Below, piece by piece: positions 41,928 to 55,249 of a stretch of 64,000 nt of DNA. The position numbers and the translations under genes are program-made. This stretch comes from Octopus sinensis. Lineage: Eukaryota. The stretch is from the NCBI RefSeq assembly GCF_006345805.1, contig NC_043013.1:3968001-4032000 (forward strand), given 5' to 3'. A model generated the notes under the pieces. The model saw only the letters and a list, made by a program, of their open reading frames with translations, did not search any database and was not told the DNA's origin. Every line of letters starts with the position of its first letter. Position 1 is the first letter of the stretch.

Positions 41928-41929
41928 GG

Positions 41930-42140
41930 GTGAGTTTACGAAAAAAACAACAAAAGACGAAGACAAGTGGTGTACAAAACAAACAGATGTATTAGTATAA
42001 CGCTCAGGAATAGAAAAAGTCTTTTACGTTTCGAACCTACGCTCTTTTACAGAAAGGGATGCAGAAAAACAAGGAGAGAAACAAAGAGAGAAAAAATGTG
42101 TGCAGTGGCTAACGATCTATCATGGCGTCTGATATACACA
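41930..42140 (-). mobile_element. Short Penelope-type repeat with hammerhead-like motif (42019-42058)
   Basis: CTTT-CTGTAAA-A-GAGC-GTAG-GTTC-GAAA-CGTA-AAAG; close relative of 52636-52810. Confidence 0.7.
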
Positions 42141-42146
42141 CACATG

Positions 42147-42177
<31 letters not shown>

Positions 42178-42946
42178 AACATATATACGTGTGTATGTAT
42201 GTATTTATATATGTATGTATCTTAGGTGGCCCCCAAAGATAAATGAACCAAAAATAGGGTCAAAGATTATATAGAGATCGTGTTCGAAGACATAGAAGTA
42301 ATCGAGCGCGCTATAATGAGAATGATGGCTTGATTTGTACTCTTTCATCAAAGTGAAAGCCGTTCGTCTGATAGAAAAAGTGAAGAAAATCTTTGACCTT
42401 CAATCATTTGTAATACACCATTTGTTTTCCTTTTGGTAATGTTACGTATGGCCAAGTAAGAAAGTGCTGGTCTGTCCAAGCCATATTTTCCTTTCAATAC
42501 AGATTTGCGAAGATTTTATCTGTGCACTGGTGTTGCTTGTTAACATAAATGCATACATACATACATAAATACAAAAATACATACATACATGCAGGCATAT
42601 ATATGTACTATGTATTTATGCTATATCTCTCTCTTTCACCTCCCTTTCTCTGTCTGTCTGTCTGTCTGTCTACCCTGTATGTGTGTGCATATACATATAT
42701 ACATATACATATATAAAGGGTAAAGACCCCCTTCGGTCATGAGTGACCATGGGTTTGCACCTAGAGAGTTACCCTCTGAGGCACAAGTCTGGGCAAGGTT
42801 GTTTTATGGAAGACCAGTAGTCGCCCATGCATACCGGCCTCCCCTCTCCACGCCACCAGTGTTATCCAAGGGAAAGACAAAGGTCGATACAGCTTGGCAC
42901 CTGTGACGTCGCAACTCATTTCTACAGCTGAGTGAACTGGAGCAAC

Positions 42947-43029
<83 letters not shown>

Positions 43030-43037
43030 ATATATAT

Positions 43038-43089
<52 letters not shown>

Positions 43090-43895
43090 GCACACACATA
43101 TATATATATATATTAAATATATATATGCACACACTATATATATATATACATATATACATATGCACACATAAATACACATATACAATTTATATATATATAT
43201 ATGTATATGTTTACATATATATATGAATGTATGTTTAGAGAGAAAAGCAGTGTGAGAGGGAGAGAGAGGGAGAGAGAGGAGAGGAGAGAGGGAGAGAGAA
43301 AGAGTGAGAATGAGAGAGAGGGAGGGAGAGGCGCGGGAGAGGCAGTGAGTGATTCATATACTTCAATTAATCGATCAGTCTGCTCTGTCCATATTCGTAT
43401 CTCCTTTGCTCTCGGCCCTGGCTCTCTACAAACCGCGCTTTCCACAGCCTCTTCTTTCTTTCACTCAGCCGCCAGCCTTCTCTCTTGTCATTCACTTCAC
43501 CTTCTCTTCTCTCGCCTTTTCTGTCACATTTTCTACACATACCCATGCTCTCACATATACACACATACCAACGCATGCACATACAGACCCACATGCTGGT
43601 AAACACTCTCTCGCTCACGCATACGCACACACATTACGCGCACATATCCAAGCTGAAATCGATATATCGAAATATCTATATAAATATCATAAATCTAAAT
43701 TACTGATAGAATCGTCTATGCATTGATCTGTCCGTGCGTCCCTCGTTTTCTTCCCCGTTCCTCTTCATACGCCCTAGACACGTACTCTATGCGTCTGTAG
43801 AGTAACATGTATATATATATATATATATATATACACACTTGTTTCTGCCTCACGCGTATGCATGTATACATATATATATATTTATGTATGTGTAT

Positions 43896-43955
<60 letters not shown>

Positions 43956-43980
43956 CATAATACATACATACATACATATA

Positions 43981-44029
<49 letters not shown>

Positions 44030-44220
44030 CACACACACATAACTACGCAGAACTGTGTCTGAGTTGGTGTGAGAATTTTGGATCTGGGCGTTTGTTTACG
44101 AACGTATTTGTATCTGTGGATGTTTATGCCTCTCTGTGCGTGTGTACGAGTATGTGCACCTAATGCTCAATTTAAATTTGCCCACCGACGATGCCAGCCG
44201 TCTGTACTGAAACTGAATAT

Positions 44221-44430
44221 TCGTCATCATTACCATCACCACCGCCACCACCACCACCGGCGCCGCCGCCGCCACCACCACCAATATCACCCCTACCACC
44301 ACCACCCCTACCACCACCACCACCACCACCACCATCATCATCATCATTATCATCATCATCGTCGTCGTCATCATCATCTTCGTCATCATCATCATCATCA
44401 TCATCGTCGTCGTCGTCGTCATCATCTTCA
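44221..44430. repeat. Compound (CAC/CGC/CAT/CGT)n trinucleotide tract
   Basis: Direct inspection; yields spurious poly-His/Pro/Ser ORFs. Confidence 0.9.
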
Positions 44431-44639
44431 ACGTCATTGTCTATTGACCTTTATGTGATATTGTGATTTATCTCCTGACATTCTATGATGTTCACAAACC
44501 ACCTAACAGTTGCTCTCTAATTATGTTAAACCCCCGGATTTCTGGATCTAAAAATTGATAAATTTCTAATTCTATCTATGTTAGCTACATCAAGGCATTT
44601 TACCAGCTTCTCTGCTATTGCTGATTTATAATCCTTGCA

Positions 44640-45125
44640 TACGAAGGTGGGCTGAAAAATTCATAGGCTGACTATGAAGGAGTGATGCTAGATCTGCGAA
44701 ATATTGCATGCATTAATTTCAAACTCTCCTTATATATTTGTATAGTGTCTTTCCAGGTAAACTAACACCTGACTATCCAGAGAAGACTGCAAAAGCATAT
44801 TGTAGCACAGCAGGTATCACGTCATCGTCACTGCGATACTGATTCGCAGCCAAGTAGTTTTTCATGCTGGTGAACAAATGATTGTTAGATGGGGTCAAAT
44901 CAGGAGAATAGGGACGGTGATCAACCAGCTCAAAGCCGCAATCACGCACAGCATCCATTGAAAGCAAGGGCTTGTGTGATGGAGCATTGTTCTGATGAAA
45001 CAAGTCCCCTCCCGTCAGTTTTCGTAACTGTCTCAGCAAGTCGGCAAATACTCTCCATTGATGGTATGCCACTTTTGAAAGGCTCATGGTTTAGATTAAT
45101 ACAGCAGGGATGTGATGACGTAATC
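44640..45125 (-). mobile_element. Mariner (DD34D) 3' fragment, third family
   Basis: LFHQNNAPSH...DHRPYSPDLTPSN with 34 spacing, both Ds mutated to N; terminal TACGAAGGTGGGCTGAAAA. Confidence 0.85.
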
Positions 45126-45879
45126 ATCAAATATGCAGCGGTGGTGCCCCGGCATGGCCGCGGCCTTCGGGCTAAAACATTTAAAAGAATTTAAAGATTT
45201 TATACAAAGCTTAATGAACAGTGCCGAGTCCCTGTCTAAAAAAACCCGTCCACAGAGTTGCTAGAATATAGATCAGATTAGGTCCCCTGGACAAGTCAGT
45301 TTAGTTCTAAGTAGTTCTTTCATAGACTAACTTTAACATCAGCTTCTTCAGACTTATTTTAAGTCCAAAATACGACAAGCACCGGAAAGAAGGTGGAGGG
45401 GGTCTTTATTTTCAGAACATCTTTTAGAGTGGGCTACAAGAACACAATAATCAGAATTCAACAAGAGATATAAAAGGTCTTTCATTTAACTTTGAACACC
45501 ACAGCACAGTTGGAGAAGGTCTCTCTCTCTTTAACATCATCGTTGCTCTGGAATGGTTTCTGATAGAGCACGATTTCAGCGAAAGTAGGCCTTCGTGTCA
45601 GTGAGTATTTGAACAAAAAAAACAACATAGAGACAGAGGGATAGAAGAATTAAGGAGGGGCGAGAAAAAATGAAAGAGACACAGTGAAGTGCCTCTCTCT
45701 CTCTCTCTTCTCTCCCCACTTGACCGGTGTTCGGCCAGGCCTGACCTTTCTTTCTTGGTTCGACTACCATCCGTGCAACATCTATATTCTTCCCTGTGCC
45801 TGTTAAATCACATATTCCTGCCGCAAGGCTTCACTTCCACACACACCAGCTTAATTTAATTCGTCCTTAGTTGAAAAAC

Positions 45880-46566
45880 ACCAGTTGAGCGGCATACGCT
45901 GGGTGATTCCTCTTGACATGCGACTTCAAGTTGTAGAGGTTCACCACTTGTCCTTTAATGTTGGTCTCCTTGGGATGGCACATGACGCACCTGAAGTACA
46001 GAATTTTGGCGTTCCTCTTATCCCTTGATTTTAGGAGAAAATTGTCCTCCATGTGAGGCCACGCGTTCTGAGACTCCTGGCTCTCAATCTGAGCACTCTC
46101 TGCCTCACTCACAACCGTTATAGACTCCCCAACAGGCCCTTCACCCCCAGGCCGAAGAAAAACATCTCCACATTCTATAACAATAAGCGATAACTTGGTA
46201 AGCTGATAACGTACACTGCTATCGCTGACACTGTAAGGCTGTCTGTAATATGACAACGTCGTAAGTGAACACAGCTCTAAACTGGAGAATTACACAATGC
46301 TGTTCAGCTAGCTGCTGCTGCGTCGACCTCTCACGTCTTGTTATGTGTACCCGTAGTCTACCAATAGCGTTGCCTGACGAAATCTTGGAGACACACCCAC
46401 AACAGACAGGAATAAACGTATGAATTCTGTTAGCGGAAGAAAATTCAGCAGAAGCTAATTGGTCCGCTAACCGTTTCCAAAGTTAGCGAAAACGCTAATC
46501 CGCTAAACGAAAAGTAAGCTTCTGCAATTAGCTGTTAGCGGATTAGCGGAACCGTGCCCACCACTG
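45880..46566 (-). mobile_element. hAT transposon 5' fragment encoding a BED zinc finger
   Basis: Terminus CAGTGGTGGGCAC, multiple subterminal GCTAA/TTAGCG repeats, peptide WPHMEDNF...FRCVMC...NLYNLKSHVKRNH (W..F..CxxC..NLxxH...H). Confidence 0.85.
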
Positions 46567-46601
46567 CATATATGTATACACACACACAAACACGCGCGTG
46601 T

Positions 46602-46649
<48 letters not shown>

Positions 46650-46880
46650 GTATACATATATAAAAACATTTAAATAATGAGGGAGATAAATTGAATATTG
46701 ATTTAATTAATATCAATTTAAAACCAGTAGCCTAGCATACAAAAATCTGAAAAATCAGAGTAATATATGGAATGTAAAACACCTGTGCATTTTTGATGAT
46801 TTTGTCAAAAAATAGCTGGGAATTTTAAAAAGTGTACTTGATATTTAGTGAAGGTGCATAGTCTAATGGTTAGGGTATTA

Positions 46881-47112
46881 GGCGGCAAGCTGGCAGAAAC
46901 GTTAGCACGCCGGGCGAAATGCTTTGTGGCATTTCGTCCGCAGCTGCGTTCTGAGTTCAAATTCCGCCGAGGTCGACTTTGCCTTTCATCCTTTCGGGGT
47001 CGATAAATTAAGGACCAGTTACGCACTGGGGTCGATGTAATCGACTTGATACCTATGTCTGTCCTTGTTTGTCCCCTCTGTGTTTAGCCCCTTGTGGGCA
47101 GTAAAGAAATAG
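46881..47112 (+). mobile_element. SINE family A, full length
   Basis: Same head, centre and tail as other copies. Confidence 0.9.
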
Positions 47113-48367
47113 GCATGTTAGGCTTAATGGACGTAGCAGTCGATTTGGCTCTCCCACTTTGCAGCAAAATCCCGCTCTACTCCACTGGACATGACCGAGT
47201 TTATTTAAATACCGTCATAGTCTTAAAGTAATCTTTGCCAACACATAAACACAAACAGTTTTCTTATATTTTTACCTTTTTTAACTCTGATTAATTATGA
47301 ATGATAAAGTTTATCGACAAACTTCTCAAAATGTTTCACTGATATTTACCACATTTTCTATGCGAGGTTTATTCAATTATAAATTCCCTCATTTATTAGA
47401 AAATATCCAATAAAAATAAAATTAAGAATTGAGCGAAAGACCGAATAGTTCAAATAAAGTGAATAATAATAGAAATCAGTGTGGTTGTAAATGTGTGAAT
47501 CGTATGCCACAGTATATATGATTGTGTGTTGTATGTGCTTACGCATATGTGCGTTAGTCTATAAATGTATGTAAAATAGGTGCTGATGTGTTTAGATGCC
47601 TGTAGTTGTATGTACGAATGCGTGTCTGTCTGATTCATAAATAAGTCTTATATGAACGAGTAGGAAAGTCATAGAATAATTTGAACTGTATTATTTCAAC
47701 AGAAAAGAAAACAAGCTGGAACAATTTTATTGCTTTACCATATGTTAAAGGGAAGAATGTATTAGATTGCTGGCTTCATATATAGTGATTTTAAATCCGT
47801 TGCTGGAGCTTTGATGAGTTTCTGGCAGAACATTTTATTCTACATCGCCTTGGTTCATTTAGCTGTTGCCAATAGTAACCAGATCATTGTGTAATGTCAT
47901 TTGCAATAGACTAGTTTTCTCCCAAAAGTGAGATGTATCACACCCACCACTACTATGGGACCAGAGCCGTGCACCTACATTTAAACCTTTCTTGATCTCA
48001 AAAAGAAAGCCATATCTTGTTAGATTACATATTAAAATGTGACAGAAACTAGAGATGTTACTAATTCATTCGAAATTTAGTAGCTTATTGTTTTTACAAT
48101 TAATCAATAGGAAATTAAAGATTGATTTATAATTGTAATTGTTCTCTAAATAACAGTTATTTACAATAAAAAAACAACTACATCCAAATCTTTTCTTGGT
48201 TTCACGCTCGCTACTAAACCACCAGCATGCAAAAATATTCCCTCTCTTATCCGTTTCCCTCTCCTCCCACCCCGTATCTTGTGCACGAATAAATACAACC
48301 TTTAGAAGTCTCGTTTATATTTTTAAGAAACGTATGATTCGTAAATTTGATATACATAACCAGCGAA

Positions 48368-48810
48368 GGCGGCGAGCTGGCAGAATCGGTAGCGCGCCGG
48401 GCAATATGCTTAGCAGTATTTTGTCTGCCGCTACGTTCTGAGTTCAAATTCCGCCGAGGTCGACTTTGCCTTTCATCCTTTCGGGGTCGACTTTGCCTTT
48501 CATCCTTTCGGGGTCGATAAATTAAGTACCAGTTACGCACTGGGGTTGATGTAATCGACTTAATCCGTTTGTCTGTCCTTGTTTGTCCCCTCTATGTTTA
48601 GCCCCTTGTGGGTAATAAAGAAATAGGTATTTCGTCTGCCTCTACGTTCTGAGTTCAAATCCTGCCGAGGTCGACTTTGCCTTTCATCCTTTCGGGGTCG
48701 ATAAATTAAGTACCAGTTACGCACTGGGGTCGATATAATCGACTTAATCCGTTTGTCTGTCCTTGTTTGTCCTCTCTGTGTTTAACCCCTTGTGGGTGGT
48801 AAAGAAATAG
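48368..48810 (+). mobile_element. SINE family A dimer inserted as one unit
   Basis: 15-bp TSD GATATACATAACCAG (48349-48363, 48810-48824) flanks both units; internal 26-bp duplication. Confidence 0.9.
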
Positions 48811-49517
48811 ATATACATAACCAGTCCTAACATGTACACGAGAACAAAACTATAGACCTATTGTTTGCTTGTATACCATCTAGAAGCTCTTCACGGGTTA
48901 CTGTAGCAACTTCTTTTGGCACTTGCAGGAGATTTAGTTACAAAAACGTTCATGCTTTGTTCATGCTTTGTTCATGCATATTTCCTAACCGGGAACAACT
49001 TGCATCTACAGCCTCTCGTCTCATTTCCAATGAAAGAGTGCTACAAATTCTTTGGCAATCTCTCCTGTTCTTCGAAATAGTATTGAGGAATCTTACTGGA
49101 TTACTCTAGTTTTCGAAAAACATGACCGAACTTTTATTTTGTTGAACTCGAAAAGCTGTAGTCAAGCAGGGAAATCAGAAGGAGCGATGTTTTAGAGAGG
49201 AAGAATTGGGTACTTTGGACTGGAAACTCAGCAATCCAAAGAAAAATAGAACATTCTAGTTGCAATAGGATAAGTAGAGCGAAAAATAGCACTTGTCTAG
49301 AGTGTTTGTGTGAGTAGCACTAGTACCTACCCTCGTATGAAAGCATGACGCCCAAAATAGAGGGTCTTACTTGAACTTTGTAGTAGATCAACAATTATAC
49401 AATGCTGATGTGTAGCTGTGGGGGCACTATACTGCGCCGAAAAGAATTGTCAGACATTGAGAAGCCAAGCAATTCGGAGTGATTTTGAGTAATTCTCAAG
49501 AAAGAAAGAAAGAAAGG

Positions 49518-49597
<80 letters not shown>

Positions 49598-49899
49598 GAG
49601 GTGTTATATTATTTTCCAGACATTAGCAATCATTACTTTTATGCAGTGGAAATGAACTCGGTTGTCATTATCATATTGGTTTCAAATTTTGGCATAAGGT
49701 CAGCAATTTCGAGTGGGGCTGGGGATTAAGTCGATTAAATCGGCCCCTAATGCTCAACTGGTAATTATTTTACAACTGGTAATTATATTACGTTCTAAGT
49801 TCAAACTCAGTTTGAAATTAGAATGTGAAGACGCTAAGCATTTTGCTTGGCGTGTTAACGATTGTGCCAGCTCGCCGCCTTAATTGTCATTATCATAGT

Positions 49900-50830
49900 G
49901 GAGGATGTTTTCGTGATCTCTGAGTAGGCTGCAGGTGAATGAATCTATTTGCTGAGAGTGGGACGAACCGTTCTGTCATCTGTTTTGTTCGCGAAGATAC
50001 AGAGCAGAAAGTAAAATGCTTAAAAAGAAGAGTGTGGTGGATATAACCAAGACTTAAATCAAACAGGTTAAACTCGCAAAATTCTGACATCGAACAGAAG
50101 ACATTTCCTCGGCAGCAAAGATAGGTAAACAGACTTAAGATTAGTTGATACAGCTTTTGAGGATCATAGGATATTACTTGGAATGATCTTATAAAACAAG
50201 TGTTTAAAATTAAGAAGGGTAATATTTTATATTCAGAAAGCCCACAGAAACTGATAATATTTTTCAGACTTAAGAGATATATTTTTATCTATAGACACTT
50301 GATGGATAAACATAGTGCACACCAACAAAAATTATGTGTGGATACTTATTTACTATACTTGACAACGTTACAGCTACTTTTCTTTGCATTTCGGAGCTTA
50401 AGAATCTTAATAAAGAGAAGAGAAAACTTCAACTTGTTTCCTGAACAAGAGAGAGTGAAACCCTTGAACCTCCAAAATAATATCGAAAATTTCACTTGCC
50501 CATAAAGAAAGGGAGGAACATTCAACACAGGGTATATTAATGGTACAATCCCGTGGAAAACAACTTGTAACTACAATGTCAAATGCAAATAAATATAACA
50601 CGCTCAACAGGCTAGCCTGGAACAGAAGGTAAAAAAAAAAATTCTGTAGTTGTAGAGATCAACTATCCATAGTTATGAATGCCTTATCCAAACTTTATAA
50701 GAGAACATTTATTGACTTACGCTGATTTCACCCTGGTAATAAATTTTAATATGCGTTTCTAATACTTGATGCTCTGGATAATATTACAAAATATCTTGCA
50801 AAGGTGAGATTTTCAAGGAAAGAAAAAGAA
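49900..50830 (+). mobile_element. Possible very old LINE ORF2 remnant
   Basis: DVFVISE-like endonuclease start and faint RT-like segments; no open frame. Confidence 0.2.
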
Positions 50831-51050
50831 CATCTTCTAATTTCGTAAATAAACGGAGCATTAAATAGCGCAACTAATTTTTTTTTAATAGTTTAACAGT
50901 AACGAATCGCTATGCTACAGTTAATAAACCACCGCCATTGTCAATCGATGTCAGACAAACTCATGGAAACACACATGCTCACATATACACATAGATACAC
51001 ATACACATATGCATGCATCTGCATATGTACGTACATATGTATGTATTTAT

Positions 51051-51104
<54 letters not shown>

Positions 51105-51105
<1 letters not shown>

Positions 51106-51291
51106 GTTAATCCAAACATGAAAACACAAAGAGAAAACACAACAACGCGAGGACGTGGAACAAATATAGTATTATTGGACGCTCAGGAAAGAAGGTAAGA
51201 AGGAGGGTTTAATGTTTCGAGCGGAGCTCTTCGTCGGAAACATAGGAGAAGGAAAGATCCAGAGAAGAGAAGACAGAGGGTACACACGAGG

Positions 51292-51295
<4 letters not shown>
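51105..51295 (-). mobile_element. Short Penelope-type repeat with hammerhead-like motif (51207-51241)
   Basis: GTTT-CCGACGA-A-GAGC-TCC-GCTC-GAAA-CATT-AAAC; ends in (TA)n. Confidence 0.7.
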
Positions 51296-51365
<70 letters not shown>

Positions 51366-52724
51366 GACGGCTGTCCATTCGAGACCGAGGGAGACAATCA
51401 CTGACCATTAAGATTATTGTTCACTCAGCCAAATTTATACTTTGCACCTGTGGTTCCGCTGGTGGTCAATAAGCCCGTCTCTTGATAGACTTACACGTCC
51501 TCAATTATTTGCAGACCAAGCTTCGCCCATCCACTACGCTATTGGTGCGCTTTCGAGCAGATCGCTTAAATTTTGCCTATATAAAGCCATGGTTTATTTT
51601 TTTTACTGAAAATACCCACTCTTTCCTTTACTTGTTTTCTCAGTGGCGATATCAAGCATTGCTTTCCGAATTTGACCACCCATATCTCACGTGTTTACAA
51701 ACAAAGAAGCACACGTTCTTGTTTGTGCATTCCACAAACAATTTCACCATACAGCTTCTGTATGTGTTCGACCCAACATAATCGGTAGAATTTTCCTATT
51801 GATCTGGGAAATTTTTTACTGATCTGTTTCGGTTTAATTGTCCACTTCAGCGAAGATATAGCATCTTTGGCTATTCACTTCTTTAAAAATTCGATGCTTT
51901 CACATCATCATCTCAATCATCCGCTAAAAAGGCTTTAAAAGAAAATAACTGTAGAGTAATCTCTATTATACATGTTGCAGGTATTTCAATAATTAATTTA
52001 ATAATATTTGTTGTTTTTAAAACTTTATAGCTCACTAGCTTACAATTCTTACTTGTTCTATGTTTTCTTTTAATTGTTTATGTATATGACATACTTAATG
52101 TATGTATATCATTGAAAAGTCAGGGGGTTACAACGGTCATCTCGGGAAAGATCCTTTTATAGACTCAGTGTGTTAAAAACACAATATACTTCAAAGAAAG
52201 GCAAAACGGAAATCATTTCGAGAGCAACCACAGGAATGATAGATGCGCATTTCACCGTCTTTCCGGTTTCTTAATGCCACACATTCACCTACGATACAAA
52301 GTCGCGTCGGCCAGAAAATTATATGTAGATGAAATATGGAGCAGGTGTATAAAGCAATGTGTGATATCTCAGGAAATTATGACAAGCAGAAAAGTAAAAC
52401 TTTACGACACTGTTGCACACACATACGATTACACATGCACGCACACACACACACACACACACACATACTCACACACACATACACACACACATACATACAT
52501 ATAAAGAATTTCTATAATGGTTTTCGAATAGAAACTCAGCAACTTAAAGCTGGTGTGCAGTGCAGAAACAAATGTAATCTACTATTAAAGACTATTATCT
52601 TCCTTTCTCGTGTTATATTATCCCTTATATATATATAGGGAGAGTTTACGAAAAAAACAAAGACGAAGACAGGTGGTGTTCAAAACAAACAGATGTATTA
52701 GTATAACGCTCAGGAATAGAAAGA

Positions 52725-52766
52725 GTCTTTTACGTTTCGAGCCTACGCTCTTCTACAGAAAGGGAC
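52725..52766 (-). ncRNA. Minimal type-I hammerhead-like motif within repeat 52636-52810
   Basis: CTTT-CTGTAGA-A-GAGC-GTAG-GCTC-GAAA-C-GTA-AAAG: stems I and II pair, palindromic ACGT stem III, GUA site. Confidence 0.65.
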
Positions 52767-52809
52767 ACAGAAAAAACAAGGAGAGCAAAAATGTGTGTAG
52801 TGGCTAACG

Positions 52810-53197
52810 TATACGTTTCTGTCATTTGAGCGCAGCAATACTGGAGAATCGCCTTCAGACAAAAAAATCGACACCAGGACTTATTCTTTGTAAGCCTAGT
52901 ACTTATTCTTTTGCTTTCTTTTGCCGAACAGCTAACTTTCGGGGACATAAACACACCTACATTAGGTTGCTAAGCAATGGTGGGGGACAACGATACACAT
53001 TAACACACATAAATATACATACATATATATATACACGACGGTTTCTTTCAGTTTCCGTTCAGCAAATGCACTCACAAGGCTTTGGTCGGCCCGAGGCTAT
53101 AGTAGAAGACACTTGCTAAAGGTGTCACGCAATGGGACTGAACCCGGAATCATGTGGTTGAGAAGTAAGCTTCTTACCACACAGCCACGACTGCGCC
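52810..53197 (-). mobile_element. CORE-type SINE family B, full length
   Basis: Reverse complement of head GGCGCAG..GTGGCTGTGTGGTAAGAAGC, CORE-like block and tail. Confidence 0.88.
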
Positions 53198-53238
53198 TAT
53201 ATATGTATATATAAGGATAATGCACACACACACACACA

Positions 53239-53269
<31 letters not shown>

Positions 53270-53728
53270 CACAAGGATAATATAATATTAGAAAAGAGGA
53301 TAATTGTCTTTAATATTAGATCACAACATTTGTTTCTGCACTGCACACCAGCTTGAAGGTGCTGAATGTCTATTAGAAAACCATTATAGAAGAACATTCA
53401 TTATAATCATTATACAGTCGAATGCTGCACAGCAACAACGGCTGTGGTCGTTTCATCAAGGCGGAATACGATATCTGTACGTTCAAATTCCGCCAAGGTC
53501 GAATTTGCCTGTCATCCTTTTGGGGTCGATAAATAAAGTACCAGTTTCGCACTGGGATCGATGTAATCGACTTAATCCGTTTGTCTGTCCTTGTTTGTCC
53601 CCTCTATGTTTAGCCCCTTGTGGGCAGCAAAGAAATAGATAGCTGTATATGTAAAGACACACAGAGACATAGATAAACAGATAGACAGACAAACATACAC
53701 ACACACACACACTCTCTCTCTTTCTCTC

Positions 53729-53761
<33 letters not shown>

Positions 53762-54350
53762 TGTCTCTTACACACCCACAAGCATGCACACGGCAATACA
53801 AACTTTCCGACAACCACACGTGTGAATACACACTTTGTACGGAAACTAAAGAAGGATATTGCTTTTTCAGAATACCTGTTTCTCAGAGTGGTCAGTTATG
53901 TTAACTATTTATAGCTATGTATTAGTCCATTGTGTTTGAAGTGGCTTTGTAATAGGCATACCTCGGCACGGGTATACGAATAGCAAATAAAACCGAGCCA
54001 CGGCTGCAAGCGAGCTTCTTAAAATAGAAGCATTTCAACTCATGCGTGACATAGCAAATTCTTGATTTTGAAATAGATCTTTATTTGGTTAATTTTAAAT
54101 CCCAACTGATGGAATATTATATAACAAGCATAATTCATTTCAAGGGGCAAAATTCAAGAGGTCCCTGTCACATTTTGATGATATGATAGTTTGAAGTTTG
54201 TTTGGGAATTGTGTGTGTGTGCGCGCGTAAATATCCATCCATCCATCCATATGTGTGTGTGTGTGTGTGTATATATAATATATTATATATAATATATATA
54301 TATATAATTATATATATTATATATATATAATATATATATGCATATAGCTG

Positions 54351-54463
<113 letters not shown>

Positions 54464-54982
54464 CTATCTATCTCTTCTATCTATCTATATATGCATATAT
54501 GGGTACATGACGTCACCAACTGTGTAAACAACATGAAAGACGAAAACAAACGAGTTAAATAAGCAAAGAACAAGAGAAAAGATGGAAAACAGGACAGGTG
54601 AACACAGAGAACGACCCTTCATCAGTTGTCAGCTGTCTCTCTACTCCTCATTTTGAGCATTCAACAATAATCTGAGTCTTCAAAGACAGTTGCTCCCATA
54701 AATTCCAAAATATTAATTTGGGATTCATGGAGGGTCAAAGTTGGGAACAAAAAGGAAACCGAACGAAAACAAACATGGCGGGTCGTTAGACCAGAACCAA
54801 AGAAAAATAGTGAACGTTGGGAGAAATATTTTTTTTGAAAAGGGAAAAGATAGGAGAAAGAAAACGTCAAGTCCATTGAACGTCCGTGCAGGGAAAGAAA
54901 GATGGCCATATGAAGAAAAGAAAGATGAACGATGGTCACGTGGGAGCAACGAGAGAGAGAGAGAGAAGAGAGAGAGAAAAGA

Positions 54983-55028
<46 letters not shown>

Positions 55029-55122
55029 AAGAGATGCTTTGCTTGTCCGTTTTCCATTTGGTCTCACTCTGTCTGTCTCTCCCTCCTTTCTCTCTCTCTC
55101 TAAATTCCGTGATGCACGGAAG

Positions 55123-55173
55123 TTTGTTAGTGAACAGTCGCGGTTTCAAAGCGACGAAAAATATTTTGACAAA
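55123..55173 (+). ncRNA. Hammerhead-like motif with G3:C8 core variant
   Basis: Stem I TTTGTTA/TGACAAA, core GTGAACA, stem II GTCGC/GCGAC, GAAA, AT-palindromic stem III. Confidence 0.6.
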
Positions 55174-55249
55174 TTAAATTTGAATGCTGAAGTAAATCTA
55201 ACGGTTTTGTGTATTTCTAAATGGTTTATAATTTATGCTTTATAGTTAC

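Noticed and set aside
44069-44466. Poly-His, poly-Pro/Ser and poly-Met/Val ORFs
   Set aside because: Translations of a compound trinucleotide microsatellite with no supporting splice sites or domain.
44745-44762. Other AG|GT juxtapositions (TTTCCAG|GTAAAC 44756, TTGCAG|GTATTT about 51980, CTTAG|GTAAGC 60899)
   Set aside because: Inside transposon remnants or lacking a branch point and full donor consensus.
45557-45600. CTGATAGA…GCGAAAGTA and other CTGATGA hits (18030-18047 minus, 54612-54627 minus, 35110-35140 minus) as hammerheads
   Set aside because: Missing GAAA or lacking pairable stems I/II; too degenerate to call individually.
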